Shown in pieces: positions 63,651-64,000 of a stretch of DNA of 64,000 nucleotides. A program made the position numbers and the translations under genes. Source of the DNA: Balanoglossus misakiensis (lineage: Eukaryota > Animalia > Hemichordata); NCBI GenBank assembly GCA_040954595.2, contig CM082577.2, positions 12,965,903 through 13,029,902 of the forward strand. Reading direction: 5' to 3'. Below the pieces are notes generated by a model. The model had not been told where the DNA came from, made no database searches, and worked only from the letters and a program-made list of their open reading frames with translations. The number at the start of each line of letters is the position of its first letter. Within the stretch, counting starts at the first letter, position 1.

Positions 63651-64000
63651 AGACAGTTGACAGTTGTGTTCTTAAAGACTTTTGCCTCGATCCCAGGGCA
63701 GTACATCGATGGCAAACAAGAAAGCCTTTGTGTTAGCACGTAACTGTTTATTGGAAACAAAAGATTTGACCCACTGTTGAGCAAGGCCATTAATTCTGGA
63801 AGTATAAAGAAACCCCTCCTGGCAAAATCCATGAAACTACAGTGAACCCCTAAACATTAGGGAGATTTAGTTAAACATATTGACGGTGATGCTATCACAA
63901 AAATGTCAATTGATGTAAAATCGTTTTGTCGCATAAATCAGAAGTTGCTCGAACAGCGTGAGTAATGAATATCACGATCACTCTTGACTACATTATAGAT

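Overview
This is AT-rich eukaryotic genomic DNA with GT-AG introns, most consistent with a marine invertebrate deuterostome such as a hemichordate or echinoderm (inferred from gene and repeat content). Most ORFs in the track are exon fragments or repeat artefacts, so I rebuilt gene models by hand from splice sites. Genes, left to right: (1) the 5' part of a secreted kringle-domain gene (-), running off the left edge; (2) a decayed Tc1/IS630 (DDE_3) transposase interrupted by a 1.73-kb foldback element with IS3EU-type ends and by a Harbinger MITE; (3) a complete 3-exon IL-17 gene (-) with TATA, CRE and kappaB-like sites; (4) an orphan 4-exon, ~1080-aa gene (+) with an N-terminal hydrophobic segment and two different tandem-repeat arrays (46 aa and 56 aa); (5) a short, divergent TRPM-like channel (-) that lacks the N-terminal SLOG region and has an altered TRP box; (6) an intronless SAM + zinc-knuckle pseudogene followed by a second IS3EU-type element; (7) a long ABCA-subfamily (ABCA5-like) transporter gene (+), running off the right edge. 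Non-autonomous DNA transposons are common (Kolobok-, Harbinger-, Academ-, mariner- and Helentron/HINE-type). Two repeat families carry recognisable transcription-factor motifs: CTCF+YY1, and POU octamer. No database searches were run; family names come from recognised motifs and terminal signatures.
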